In this document: positions 49,446 to 61,729 of the stretch, piece by piece
Layout of the letters: each line of letters opens with the position of its first letter
Position numbering within the stretch: position 1 is the first letter of the stretch
NCBI GenBank assembly: GCA_030264375.1
Contig: JASCQW010000137.1
Location: 33,825,761 to 33,889,760 of the forward strand
Source: Carcharhinus longimanus
Lineage: Eukaryota
Reading direction: 5' to 3'
Length of the DNA stretch: 64,000 nt
Made by a program: the position numbers and the translations under genes
Notes under the pieces: generated by a model
What the model was told of the DNA's origin: nothing
Database searches by the model: none
The model's input: only the letters and a program-made list of their open reading frames with translations

Positions 49446-50116
49446 TAATTAACTATTTTAAACCTTTAATTAAAGGCTGGGGCATGGGGGGGGTGGTGGT
49501 GTGGTGGTGATTCAGCACTGGAAACAGTCCTGAAATAAGGTCCAGCTCCAAGAACCCAGCACTGGGAAGGATAGGAAGGAAACTATTCCCAGGGCCCTCT
49601 TAAAGAAGTCATGAGAGGAAAGTCCAGACTGACCAACCTGCCAACTTTTCTTCATGTAGGAAGTGGCTAACTTCTGAGAGGGACCTTTCTGTGACAACAC
49701 ATATGTTACAAGGAAAAGTTGTGAAGAGCAGGCATGAACTTGGAGAAGAAAGCATGAAATGGGAAAGGGTCACTTAAATTCATCATATCTGTGCTTTCCG
49801 TGGACCGTGTGAAAACGTGCTCTCATGGGCTCACTCTTATGATTTAACCTCATGTGATAAAATCCTGAACACAGTTGTTATCCATCCCACTATTCCGTTC
49901 TGTTTTTCTGCCCTCCATGGTTAAAATTCTTCCAACCTTGTAACCCCTGAAACCTTCATGTCCCATTCGGTATTTGATCATTTCAGATTAAACTTTTCTA
50001 TACCTTCAAACAAATTCCCAACGAGAAGGTTATTCAGCTTCTTTTTGAATTAATTAAATACTTTAGATTGAAAGTTGATTCCAGCTAACTGGGCTTCTGA
50101 GGCAACAACTTCAGAT

Positions 50117-50432
50117 TTTTAAAAATTCATTCATGGGATGTGGGCATCACTGGCTATTGCCCATTTATTGCCCATCCCTGAGGGCATTTAAGAGTCAACC
50201 ACATTGCTGGAGTCACATGTAGGCTAGACCAAATAAGGATTGGCAGAATTCCTTTCTAAAGGACAGCAATGAACCAGATGGGTTTTTTACAACAGTGATA
50301 AAACCAGACCTTTTTGATTGAAATTCAAATTTCACCATCTGTCACGGTGGAATTCAAATCCAGGTGCCCAGTGCAGCACTGCGAGTCTCTGGATTACTGG
50401 TCCACTGAAAATACCATTGTGCTACTGCCTTC
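50117..50432 (-). mobile_element. Second tRNA-derived SINE family
   Basis: agagtcaaccacattgc...gagtcacatgtagg...gaaccagatgggtttt; relatives at about 57230-57405 and 10470-10570. Confidence 0.7.
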
Positions 50433-50635
50433 CCATTTGAACATCGTTGATACATAACACAACACATCAGGGCAACATGCACTGTACACTAATGCTTGCT
50501 TTACGGAATTACCAGTATCAGATAATTTTCTTTATTGTCTCGTCAGCATAATCCTGGATTAGAGTAAACAGGATGGATTTTAAATCATAAATGGAGACAG
50601 CATGAAACTGAAAGAGAGGATTACGAAATACTTAC

Positions 50636-50717
50636 TTTGATGCCTGTATCCATTCATCATACAATTCAAATGTCATCAATGGTTCTGGTAGCTCCCGAAG
50701 ATACGATTTAAGAGCTC
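50636..50717 (-). CDS. ARHGAP44: ARHGAP44 RhoGAP exon (GALKSYLRELPEPLMTFELYDEWIQAS)
   Basis: 82 nt, aag|GA...AA|gtaagt, phase 1-2; LKxYLRELPEPL RhoGAP signature. Confidence 0.96.
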
Positions 50718-52374
50718 CTTATAAAGGAAGGCAATTTATTCTCATTTAGTTAATGCAGCAACTAAAGGATTACTATCAAATCTTCCATAATACCCTGGAT
50801 CAAGCATTTTATTTTCTTCAATGAATGAATGAATTAATAACAGGACACTTCTACATCCTTTTAAATCAGGCTTTCAAAGTTAAAGGAAATATCCTGGGCT
50901 AGGACACTTGTGCAAACTCTGATTAAAAATCATATTCCTCTCAAAGCTTTTGTAGACGAGTTGAGAGAAACCAACATTAAATAATTTAAACACGATTTTA
51001 AACTTTGCGTCACTGATTTTTTTGTAAGGTCATAATATAACCAGCTGCAAGAGTTATGAAATACCCCTGCAGGGTATTCTCTGCTAATTCATAGTGGTCT
51101 TGGACAAAGGAGGTGATCAGTTCATCAATATTGCAAAAAAACCCCTCATAAATCCACAACTTAAACACAAATAGATATCTATAAAAGGGATGGACATTTC
51201 CCAGAATTAGTATAAGTTTTACAAATATACCTACATTGTAATGAATTTCATATATCATGTCAATATACCTTAAAACTCGATACATGGGCATGATCTTACC
51301 GCCCGTTCACGCCACCCTCCCACTGCAGCGAAATCTCCATTCACTGCAGCGGGACGGGAAAATCCTGCTGGCACGAACAGTCGGAAAATTCTGGCCTATA
51401 ATGCTGCCAATGAGGTCGGGGAAGCTTTTGGAGGGAACATGTGAGATGAAGCAGAACTTGTGCCCAAATCATGAATGCACCTCACCCACCCCCCATCCCA
51501 AGGTGGCATTTGCATGTGGTGAGCGCAAATTATGGCACACCTACACCAGCTAAAGCGGCAGAAAGCACCAGCAATGCCAACCCATTATTTGTAAAGCAAA
51601 TAAAGGAACCATTTTCCCTCGATGCAACTCTTGCCTGCTCCTCTTCCCCTTAGTTTTCACCTCATTGCTATGACTTCATGTGACTCAAAAATGCTTTTGC
51701 GCACAGAGTTGCACAACCGAATATAAGTTAACATTATTATGTGCTGAATTCTGTGAAAGTTTTTGGCTACGGCTGGCTGCCACTCCCTAAGACCCTAATC
51801 AACCCACTGGCATTTTCCTGCCTAATGTTCCTAAAGTGAAAATGGCAGGGAATATACTATATGACATTTACCTCTAATTTGCATGGTATTGTAAGATGCT
51901 TGTCCACAGAGACACTTTTGCAGGGATTTCTAATGGGAATGAAAAGTGATGGGGATTAGATGTAACTGGGTCCTGCAAAAATCCTACTGTCCTCACTTCT
52001 TGACCCTGGGCGACTGAATTTCATCATTGAGCTACAGGTACTAAGTTAAGCAAAGCGACCACAACCCCACTTGCTTGTTCGGGTTATTCAATTTACGGTT
52101 CAGTTAACATGTTTACAGTTTCCACATCCACATGGGCTGACCATCAGACACCTTGGCTTCCTAGAGCACAGAGAATCTGAGCCTGCAGAGGGGACTAGGA
52201 GATCACTGTTTTCACAGAGTACTGAGTCAGGACAGTCACTGATAGGCAGTTCTCCATTTAGGGGTGTGATGGTGAATATGAACTGTCTCAGACTTCAGAA
52301 AGCTGGGGTTCACACAGTTAATGCAAAAGCAAAATGCTGCAGTTTCCGGAAATCTGAAATCGTAACAGAAAATG

Positions 52375-52700
52375 AGGGTGGAATGGTGGTTAGCACTGCT
52401 GCCTCACAGCGCCTGGGACCCACATTTGATTTGAACCTTGAGTAACCGTCTGTGGAATTTCCTCATGTCTGCGTGGGTTCCCTCCGGGTGCTCCGGTTTC
52501 CTCCCACAGTCCAAAGATGTGCAGGTTAGGTGAATTGGCCATGATAAATTGCCTCTTATTGTCAGGGGAATTAGCGGGGTAAATCTCAGATAGGGCCTGG
52601 TTGGGATCCCTTGGATAGGGCCTTGGTGGGATTGTTGTTGGTGCAGGCTAGATGGACTGAATGGCCTCCTTCTGCACTGTAGGGATTCTACGACTCTATG
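52375..52700 (+). mobile_element. HE1-type V-SINE, tail A, with gaaaatg target-site duplication
   Basis: gaaaatg at 52368-52374 and 52700-52706. Confidence 0.85.
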
Positions 52701-53458
52701 AAAATGCTGGAAATACCCATCAGGTCAGGCAGCACTGATATTTCAGGTATTTGACTCTTCATTGTTTGAATGAATGGGGCATCTACCTGATACTTTAACT
52801 CTGTCTCCACACATATTACCTGACCTACTGATTACACAATGAAAACTGTTTTACTGAAACACTGCATGAAGCAAAATAAGAGCAGTTGAGAATGATACTG
52901 AGTGGGCTGTTTGGGCGTGTGAACCTCTAGGCAAATTGGGCTTGGTTTAATTAAAAACCAAATGTTGTTATGTGGCTGTTTTGTGTTGTATATACAAGCC
53001 ACTGAGAATCAGACTGCCCTTAAACCTTCAAGATTCAAAAGGATACAGTTTAAAAGGGTTTTAAAATTAACATTTTTTCAGAGACAGCTGCTGGATTAGT
53101 AATATTGCATTTACAGGAAAGAAACCACAGTAAGAGTGATGAAAGTCAGTGAGAATAGACTGTAAAGATTGTATTGAATTTGTCTTTTCAAAAGATTTGT
53201 TACAAAGCCTAGGTAAAGTGTACATGTCGATAGCATTAAAGCATTCCTCAGAGATCTCAAACATGTGGGTTGTAAAAACGCTCATGACATTTGCTCTTGT
53301 TTTTAAGTTCTCTTTCTCAGAGAGCCTCTTCAGAAAATAACCTTAAGCACCTGTTGTCTACAGTGATCAGTTCAGCTTTATTCACTGTAACACAATCAAA
53401 ATAACTGCTGCACCAATCTTCATGTAAGTTAGATGACTCAGAGTCAGAGAGGTTTACA

Positions 53459-53537
53459 GCATGGGTACAGGCCCCCGCCGCATGGGTACAGGCCCCCACC
53501 GCATGGGTACAGGCCCCCACCGCATGGGTACAGGCCC
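53459..53537. repeat. 21-bp tandem repeat (gcatgggtacaggcccccacc), about 3.8 copies
   Basis: Units start at 53459, 53480, 53501 and 53522. Confidence 0.95.
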
Positions 53538-54477
53538 TTGCCTATCTTACTCATGTAAGATAGGAAAGGAGCCAGTCTGACAAGCAGGGAAGCTACATAC
53601 ATCACTAGACAAAAGCAAGTTCATCTAATGCTGTTGTTGCTCTTCCCACACATAATCCAACCAGGCAGACTTTCATCTGTTCCCATACCTAGGTTTTTCC
53701 TGTAACTGATCACTAGTCTGTCGCCAAAGGCTTATAACCTGAGGGGTGCCACTCCGCTTCAAGTGCGCTAAACAGGAGTCTCTCCAGCTCTTACCGCCAG
53801 CCACTGGCGTGTGTCAGAAGGATTTCGCGGGTTGACACACTCAATCTATTTGGGCAGGTTATGAACAGTCCTTCCTTGGCCCTCAAGTCCTCAAACGCAG
53901 AGCTTTTGGCTCAGGGATCAGATGCAGGGCCACTGTCCACTGCCCCACAAGACATCCTTCATAACGTTGCGCACTGGGAAGCTTTGCATATTTTATTAAA
54001 TAGGAACTGTCCGAAATGTAAAGGACTGTTTTGAAGAAATGGAACGAAAGATTTAGCCTTCCATTGTGCATTGTGTATATTTCAAAATCTAGTGCAGTAT
54101 ACCAACAAATCCAAACATTTGAAAGAATTACAGCATCAGTTTGCCAAATTGAGTGCAATGAAAAAAATCATAATTGGAGGAATACAGCCAAACTTTAATC
54201 AGACTGCTTTGTACAAACTGATTTCATTCCCTCCTTTTCTATATCCTATTACTGCAGTGACAATCCAATGTAACAAGTATCAGTGTAAATGTGTGCGAGA
54301 CGTAAATTGATCAGATGAGGTAACTCAAATATAATCAGGATTAAGTCAATAAAAAGTGTGCAAGAGCCACGATATATTCAAATATTACCAATTTAGTAAC
54401 GGATATAAATCAGTCGATGAGGGGAATTTTACAATGCTACCTTTCAAAACTACAGCAGCTCATGCTACGCTACGTAC

Positions 54478-54589
54478 CTGCCACAGCATGAGGATCGACA
54501 GAATACTCTTGTACATCCAGCACACCGCAGTCAAGCGAAGCCTTCAGCTTTTTCAGTTTGGAGGCGGAGGCAGCTACTCTGAACAGGCC
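54478..54589 (-). CDS. ARHGAP44: ARHGAP44 RhoGAP exon with arginine finger (GLFRVAASASKLKKLKASLDCGVLDVQEYSVDPHAVA)
   Basis: 112 nt, cag|GGC...GCA G|gtacgt, phase 0-1; GLFR catalytic Arg intact. Confidence 0.96.
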
Positions 54590-54768
54590 CTGGAGAACAA
54601 ACTCTGATCAATACATCGGTGAATGGAATATCCAGCAAGCTCAGTAAGAACCACAAAGAGTCACTGCCATGTTTCAGAGCATTATCTTTGCTAATGGCTC
54701 ATCTGAAATGTTGGGATTAATTGAGCTGCACTTTGACTAGCGAACACAACATTTAACCTGAACTCTAA

Positions 54769-54904
54769 GGGCGCGATCTTACTGGCCACTCGCATTGCGT
54801 TCCCGCTGCAGTGAGGTCAGAGAATTTGGCGGCCGACCGAATCTCCCTTCACTGCAGCAGAGTGGGAAAATCCCACTGGCATGAACGATGGTAAGATTCC
54901 AGCC
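54769..54904. mobile_element. PIF/Harbinger-like MITE
   Basis: Imperfect TIR GGGCGCGATCTTAC / GTAAGATTCCAGCC with TAA on both flanks; relatives at about 6240-6362, 20590-20725 and 51286-51397. Confidence 0.65.
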
Positions 54905-55999
54905 TAAGAATCGAAGTACAGCTGGAAGCTAGTATTCAGGGACTGAGCAGTCAGCTAAGCGTGCAATAGAGAGGTGTTACGTGTTTTATTTTAAAGGTTA
55001 CAGAAAAAAATGTTTAGGTGTTCAGGAGGAAGATAATTTTTATTATTCAGGGATATGGAAAAATGCATAGGGCGGAATTTTCCGTTCCCACTGGCAGCAG
55101 GAATGGCGATGGGCAGGGATGCTTAATTTGGTGGGAGGCAAGAAATCTGTTCCCTGATGGTGGGATGAACAGTTGGAATTTTGCTCCTCTGACTTTCAGG
55201 GTGGGTTACAGGTGGGTTGAGCTTCCTCATGGACAATGAAGGGAACCCCACTTGCATGCTTGCTCATTAAAATGTCACCTTGGCAGTACTAGGTTCACCC
55301 TCTCAATTAAATTCCCCACCAGCGAGAACTCTCTATAGAATTGTCAGCCTCTGACCTGCTCTTGTAGTCACTCTATTTATATAGCGAATCCTGTTCAGTT
55401 TCTGGACACTGATAACCCTCAGGACGTTGACAGTAGGGGATTCTACACTGGTATTGCAATTGTATGCCTGGGAATGATGGTTGAATTTTCTCTTGTTGGA
55501 GAAGGTCATTACCTGGCACTTGTGAGGTACGAATGCCACTTGTTAGCCGCACTCTAAATATTGTCTTGTTCCATTTGGAAAATTATTGCTTCAGTGTTCG
55601 AAGAGTTGAAAATGGTGCCAAACAAAACGCAATCATCAGCGAACATCCCTCACATCTGACAGTACGATGGAAGAAATGTCATTGATAAAGCAGCTGAAGT
55701 TGGTGGGCCCATAACACTCCACTAAGGCACTTCTGCAGTGATGTCCTGGGACTGAGATGGCTGACTTCTAACTACCACAATGACATCCTTTGTGACAGGT
55801 ATGTCTGCAGCCAGTGGGGAGTTTTCCCTGATTCCCACTGACTCCAGTTTTGCTAGAATTTCTTGATGCAACATTCGGTCAAAAGCTGCCTTGTCAAGGG
55901 CAGTTACACCCATCCCAACTCGTGAGTTCAGCTCTTTTGTCCATGTTTGGATGAAACTGTAATGAGGTCAGGGGCTGAGTTGCCCTGACAGAATCCAAA

Positions 56000-56160
56000 C
56001 TGTAAAGATTCACATTCTAATCAGTATTCTGTAAACTGTGTGGGCCTTTATATGGTCAGAACTCTCCACTCACCTGATGAAGGGGCAGAGCCCCGAAAGC
56101 TTGAGGCATTTACTACCAAATAAACCTGTTGGACTTTAACCTGGTGTTGTGAGACTTTTT
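56000..56160 (+). mobile_element. Penelope-type terminal repeat inserted in a LINE
   Basis: Same family sequence; acagaatccaaactg is repeated on both flanks (about 55988 and 56161). Confidence 0.55.
56071..56105 (+). ncRNA. Minimal hammerhead ribozyme motif in a second Penelope-type repeat family
   Basis: CAC-CTGATGA-A-GGGGC aga GCCCC-GAAA-GC-TT-GAG; perfect stem II, weak stem I. Confidence 0.5.
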
Positions 56161-58579
56161 ACAGAATCCAAACTGAGCAGGTTATTNNNNNNNNNNNNNN
56201 NNNNNNNNNNNNNNNNNNNNNNNNNNNNNNNNNNNNNNNNNNNNNNNNNNNNNNNNNNNNNNNNNNNNNNNNNNNNNNNNNNNNNNCTACCAAATAAACC
56301 TGTTGGACTTTAACCTGGTGTTGTGAGACTTTTTACAGAATCCAAACTGAGCAGGTTATTGCTGCTTGATAACACTGTCAACAACACTTTCCATCACAGT
56401 GTTGACTGAGAGTAGAGTGGTGGGCGGTAATTGGATTCGTCCTGTGTTTTGTGTACAGAACATACCTGGGCAATTTTCCCACATTGCCAGGTTGATGCCG
56501 AATTTGTAACTGTACTGGAATAGCTTGGCTAGGGGCCGCAGTTAATTCTGGAGCACAAGTCTTCGGTACTATTGCCAGAATGTTGGCAGGGCCCATTACG
56601 GTCATCAGGGAATGTAGAAAGGGCCTGTAGCCTTTGCAGCATCCGGTACCTTGAGTCCTTTCTTGCTATCGTGTGGAGTGAGTCGAACTGGCTGAAGACC
56701 AGCATTTGAGAAGCTGGGGTCCTCTGCAGGAAACTGAAATGGATCATCCACTTGGCACTTCTGGCTGGAGGCAAAAAACTTATCTTTCACACTGATATAC
56801 TGGACTCCCCCATCAGTGAGGAAGAAGATATTTGTGGAGCCTCCTTCTCCAATGAGTTTTTTACTTGCCCACCACCATTTATGGCTGGATGTGCAGGACA
56901 GTAGAGCTTAGATCTGATCTTTTAGCTGTAGCGTTGTTTAGCTCTGTCTATTACCTGCTGTTTTGACTGTTTAGCTTTCAAGTGGTTCCTTGTTGTTCCT
57001 TTTCCGGGTTGATAATTCATTTTTAGGTATGCCTGGTGCTGCTCCTGACGTACCCTCTTGCACTCTTCACTGACCCCCTACTCCCTAGCTTGATGGCAAT
57101 GGTAGACTGGAAGATATCCCGGACCATGAGGTTACAGACTGTGGTTGTATGCAATTCTGCTGTTGTTGATGGTCCACAGTGTCTCATGAATGCTCCGTGG
57201 TAGTGCCAGACTAAACAATGTGAAGACGGGAAACCCAGATAGGTTTTTTTATGACAATAGTTTCATGGTCGGTATTACTGAGAATAAATTTTTTAAACTC
57301 CAGATTCAGTAACTGAATTTAAATTCCATCAGCTGCTGTGATGGGATTTGAACCCCTATCCTCAGAGCATTAGTCTGGGCCTCTGGATGATTAGTCCATG
57401 GAATTGCATGGAGAGAGCTCCTGGTTCCCATCCCACCCAACCTTGTAGAAATTCTGCACTGGGCTAAAAAGGGCCTTGGATGGGGGGCCCACTTGTGCCT
57501 CATTAAGACCCTTATTGACCACTAAAGGGTTGTTTCTCACCCAGCCTCAATCATTAGGCTGGAGGCAAATGACACCTCAGTGGGGTAAACCTGGAAATAA
57601 AAGGAATGAGATACTGGTTGAGAAGTGGGGAGCAGGGTGGGAGCTTTGGGATTACCGCCATCAGAGGCCAGACATCCCTCATCATTCCTTCCCACCCCTC
57701 ACAGCTTAACCCTCGAGGCCCCAGTTGCTCCCCCAGCAAACTCTCAGGCCTCCCCTACTCTCCCTGACCAGAACCCTGACACCTCCCCTTTTTCTACAGT
57801 TCCCTGAGCTTAGGCTCAGGAAGCATCTTGCAATGCCTCTTCCAGCCACTTCAGCGCTGTTCCTGGAGGGACTGGAGAGCCACTGGCCAATCAAAATGGC
57901 CGGCAAATCTCCAAGGTGGGACTGCCTCGAGTGAGGGGTGCAAGTCTCACCAATGCTTGTCTCAGCATAAAATGGCGGCAAGGCTCTTGGAATCCGTGGG
58001 AATGTGCCAGCCCCCTACCCCGCCCCTCTGAATTTTTGGATCGAGGGGACCCATCCTAAAAATTACAGTAATGGAAATCCAGAAGTTGCTGTCAGTGATT
58101 CTACACTCCTCCAGAGGGGGTGCTGTTGAGCCAGCATCAGATGGAATCAATGGGGAATTTTCCACTCAAACTGTTGAACCCTTGAAAAAGTTAATCCTGA
58201 CTGAATGAGATATAATTGGTTTTTTTAAACAGTATATTGCCTTCATTATTAACATCCTTATCCACACTGCAAAGCTAATTTTACATTTGTGAAATGACAA
58301 ATTTTTCCATGATAAAAGGTCCACATTTTTAAAAAAAGATTAACTTTGTTTTAGTTTCTGTCTTAATCAAATCATAATCATTTATTTCAGTATGTGAAAA
58401 TTGAAATTTAACTTTGTAGCTAGTTCAGTAGGAATACTTCATTATGTTTACTAACATCACTACCATATCCCCTTGATTCGGTGACAGATTTAAACTGACA
58501 TTAAGAAAGAAGAAGCCCACCGCATACAGATTGCTAGATATTTGTGGGCAGCGTTTTTTTTACAGTTGGAAGCAAGTGT

Positions 58580-58926
58580 GGCACGGTGGCACAGTGGTTA
58601 GCACTGCTACCTCACAGCGCCAGGGACCCGGGTTCAAGTCTAGCCTCAGGTCACTGTCTGTGCGGAGTGTGCAAATTCTCCCTGTGTCTGTGGTGGGTTT
58701 CCTCCAGGTGCTCCGGTTTCCTCCCACAGTCCAAAGACATGCGGGTTAGGTGGATTGGCCATGCTAAATTGCCTCTTGGTGTCACAATATGTGCAAGTTA
58801 AGGGGGATTAGCAGGGCAAATATGTGGGGCTATGGGCTTAAGGCCTGGATAAGTTGCTCTGTCGGAGAGTCAGTGCTGACATGATGGGCCAAATGGCTTC
58901 CTTCTGCACTGTTGGGATACTATGAT
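58580..58926 (+). mobile_element. HE1-type V-SINE, tail A
   Basis: Family match. Confidence 0.85.
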
Positions 58927-59226
58927 TAACCACTGACTGTAAAATCCCATTCCGTATCGCTGTGCTCACAAATTACTGGCATTCACTCCAATCGGACAAG
59001 ATTAGTTTTCTTGTGACAAGTTTCTTTCATACGAATAGGAAGTCGCCGCTGAAGTTTTATTTTCAAACCTTAAAATCCTTTGAGATGGGAAATGTGTTAT
59101 AGAAAATGGGTCAACTGGTAATAACATATGCTGTTGTTCAAAAAGTGCTCACCACATGATGGCAGCAACCCGGCAACAGAAACAGGCAGAGGTTGAGCTG
59201 AAGTGTGAACGAAAGGGAAAGATTAC

Positions 59227-59354
59227 CTCTTCCTGCATGCCGCACTCCAGCAACATTGTCACACAGGCCTCGATGGGAAAGGCAATCTCTCTTCCACTTA
59301 TCGCCAGGTGCTCCCCCAGTGGCTTGCCAAACGAAGGTTTTTCTATCCAAGCCT
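59227..59354 (-). CDS. ARHGAP44: ARHGAP44 exon, RhoGAP start (EAWIEKPSFGKPLGEHLAISGREIAFPIEACVTMLLECGMQEE)
   Basis: 128 nt, aag|AG...GAG|gtaatc, phase 1-0; near-identical to human RICH2. Confidence 0.96.
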
Positions 59355-59792
59355 CTTTAGCAGGAAATAAAAATGGAAATATTTCCAAACATTATCAAAT
59401 GTTTCCATGATATATCCTAATGAACGATTGTAAATAGATGGGGCACATTTCTCCGTCAACATCTCCCATAGAGGATTTTAAATTTAATGTTGATTCTATT
59501 GGGATTCTGATCTACCACATTTTTGAAAAAAAAACAAGTAAACTTTACCACAGCAACATTTATTTTGGTTCATTTCGCTCTTTTCTTTCTCTTCCCAAGA
59601 ACAGTCATGCTTGCTAAATTGAAGAGCCTGTGGCATATTACCACAGAAATAAAAAGACAGCTGAGCTTTTCCCAAATTGATTTAAATTGGATGAATGATT
59701 ATGTCAAAGTGATTGCATTTCTGTCTTCCTCTTTATTCTTTTAGGATTATCTTCTTTCCCTTCACCTCTTTCTTAAATACATTTTTTCTGGG

Positions 59793-60088
59793 TTGGCACT
59801 GTGGCACAGTGGTTAGCATTGCTGCCTCACAGCGCTAGAGATCCCGCTTCGATTCCCGGCTTGGGTCACTGTCTGTGTGGAGTTTGCATGTTCTCCCTGT
59901 GTCTGCGTGGGTTTCATCCAGTTTCCTCTCACAGATGTGCGGATTAGGTGGATTAGCCATGCTAAATTAACCCTAGTGTCAGGGGGACTAGCTAAGGTAA
60001 ATGCATTGGATTATGGGGATAGAGCCTGGGCGGGATTGTGCAAGCTTGACGGGCCGAATAGCCTCCGTCTGCACTGTAGGATTCTATG
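59793..60088 (+). mobile_element. HE1-type V-SINE, tail A
   Basis: Family match. Confidence 0.85.
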
Positions 60089-61226
60089 AAAGGATCTCCT
60101 GGTTCAATGGCAGATCAGGGCACCCTGTGAAATGATGCCCGAGCGCTCTGAAGCTGGCTTCACTAGACTCCGCACTCCATCCCCCGCCCCAACAAAGCTC
60201 CCCGCTGTCAAAAAAATTGACAGAGTGCTGGAGGATTGCAGTGCTGAGCTTGCTGAAAAGACCGGCACAGAGGACTCCCGTATTCCTGCCATTATGACAC
60301 TTAGAATCTTTTGGGGAAAATCCCACTCACTCTTTAAGCTGAGACAGTTGTGGGGGGAGGGGGGACTTTTCCCATCCTGTCCGCCACGGGAATTGTAGCA
60401 GGCGGTGGGGGGTGGGGGTGGACCACGCAAAAGTCTATTGGCCTCAGACGGGATTTTCCAGTTTTGAGGTGAGCGTGGCTGGAAAATCCCACCCAGTGAG
60501 TGGCACCAGGTTCTTCGGCCTGTGCAGCTTTTCATTTTCAATATTCACCAAGCGTGTAACTCAAGCAGTGGTTGTTGAATATTGGAGGCCTTCGGGTGGC
60601 GGGTAGCTCAGGCCAATGACTGCGTTGTGTAGTTGTGTGTACTGCCTTAACCTGCCAAGCCTAGCCCGATGGAGTTTGCTCTGCTTTGATTAAATGAAAT
60701 CGGATCCCATTGGGGTCCCATTCCAGAATGGTGAGGCTACGTGCAGTAAAGTTGGAATGGCACATGGAAAATACATCAAGTGGTCCTGTACAGTCCAGTG
60801 TTTGACATGGGAATATACAATCTCTATGTAACGCCACACATCTATTACAGCAATAATCTGCACATTTTAAGTTCAGGTCTGGTCATAAATCAGCAAGATT
60901 TCTCTAATCTGGGTTGAATTGATTGGATGTTATTTTAGCAAATATTGATAGTTGAGTCAATTAGAATATCTAATATAATAATTTCTATTAGATAGTTGAA
61001 TTACGGGATGGCACGGTGACACTGCTGCCTCCCAGCGCCAGGGGACCTGGGTTCAATTCCAGCTTCGGGTCACCATCTGTGTCACCATCTCTATACTCTC
61101 AACAGAACTGAAAGTTTAACCAGTGTCAGAGTTTTGCTTCCATTACTGTCTCAAAGATAATCTGCATTAATCTGAGAATTTAAATTCACAATCCAGAAAA
61201 GCAGGAGCACCTTCAAATGTTCTTAC

Positions 61227-61308
61227 CTTGATGTGCTTTAATTTGAGGCAGTATACTCTGTAAAAGCACTAATGACTTCCTGTGATATTCTGCTTGCAAT
61301 TCTATTAA
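61227..61308 (-). CDS. ARHGAP44: ARHGAP44 exon, end of BAR domain (LIELQAEYHRKSLVLLQSILPQIKAHQ)
   Basis: 82 nt, cag|TTA...CAA G|gtaaga, phase 0-1; matches recalled human LIEVQAEYHRKSLTLLQAVLPQIKAQQ. Confidence 0.95.
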
Positions 61309-61729
61309 CTGGGGGAGGGAAAAAAAAACATGATTTACAGTCAATAAAAAGACAGAAGGTAATGAAACATCCCCAAGTTTGAGTCCACTGAACTTTGCAA
61401 TCAGTGAGAAACCGAAATCTGAAGTTGAGAGGAATGAATTGGCTCAGAAACGTCAACAAGTTGGAAAGGGTTGACCTGCCCTTCCAGGCTGCCTCAACAC
61501 GAGAGATGCCCTTTCCGTCCAGCATCCCTGACCACCTCTGTCGGAAATGTCGAGATGTCGGCCCTCTGATTGGGCCAGCGGCTTTGAGAGGCGGCCTGCT
61601 GCCTCTTAATTGGACAGCGCTCCAGCCAGCCGCCTCTTAATTGGCTGTCACCCAGTAAAGTTCCCCTGGTAGAATCACACACGTGAGGCAGTGAATCCCC
61701 CGACCAGCGAATAACATTCAACTCCTGGA

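Larger units (their letters stand above)
55330..57200 (-). mobile_element. Decayed CR1/L2-clade LINE ORF2
   Basis: ALDKAAFDRMLHQEILAKLESVGI, GPANILAIVPKTCAPEL, FVPHKCQVMTFSNKR. Confidence 0.8.

Noticed and set aside
53459-53537. CRISPR-like periodic repeat
   Set aside because: No unique spacers and eukaryotic context; a simple minisatellite
56113-56360. Apparent tandem copy of the Penelope-type end (possible ribozyme dimer)
   Set aside because: Exact duplicate across a 100-N gap, likely an assembly artefact; the second core is not visible
45900-59354. Assignment to the paralogs ARHGAP17 or SH3BP1
   Set aside because: EAWIEKPSFGK, RRPLSVATDNMMLEFYKKDG, LRKIQSMGVRVMDT and GESMST match ARHGAP44 specifically
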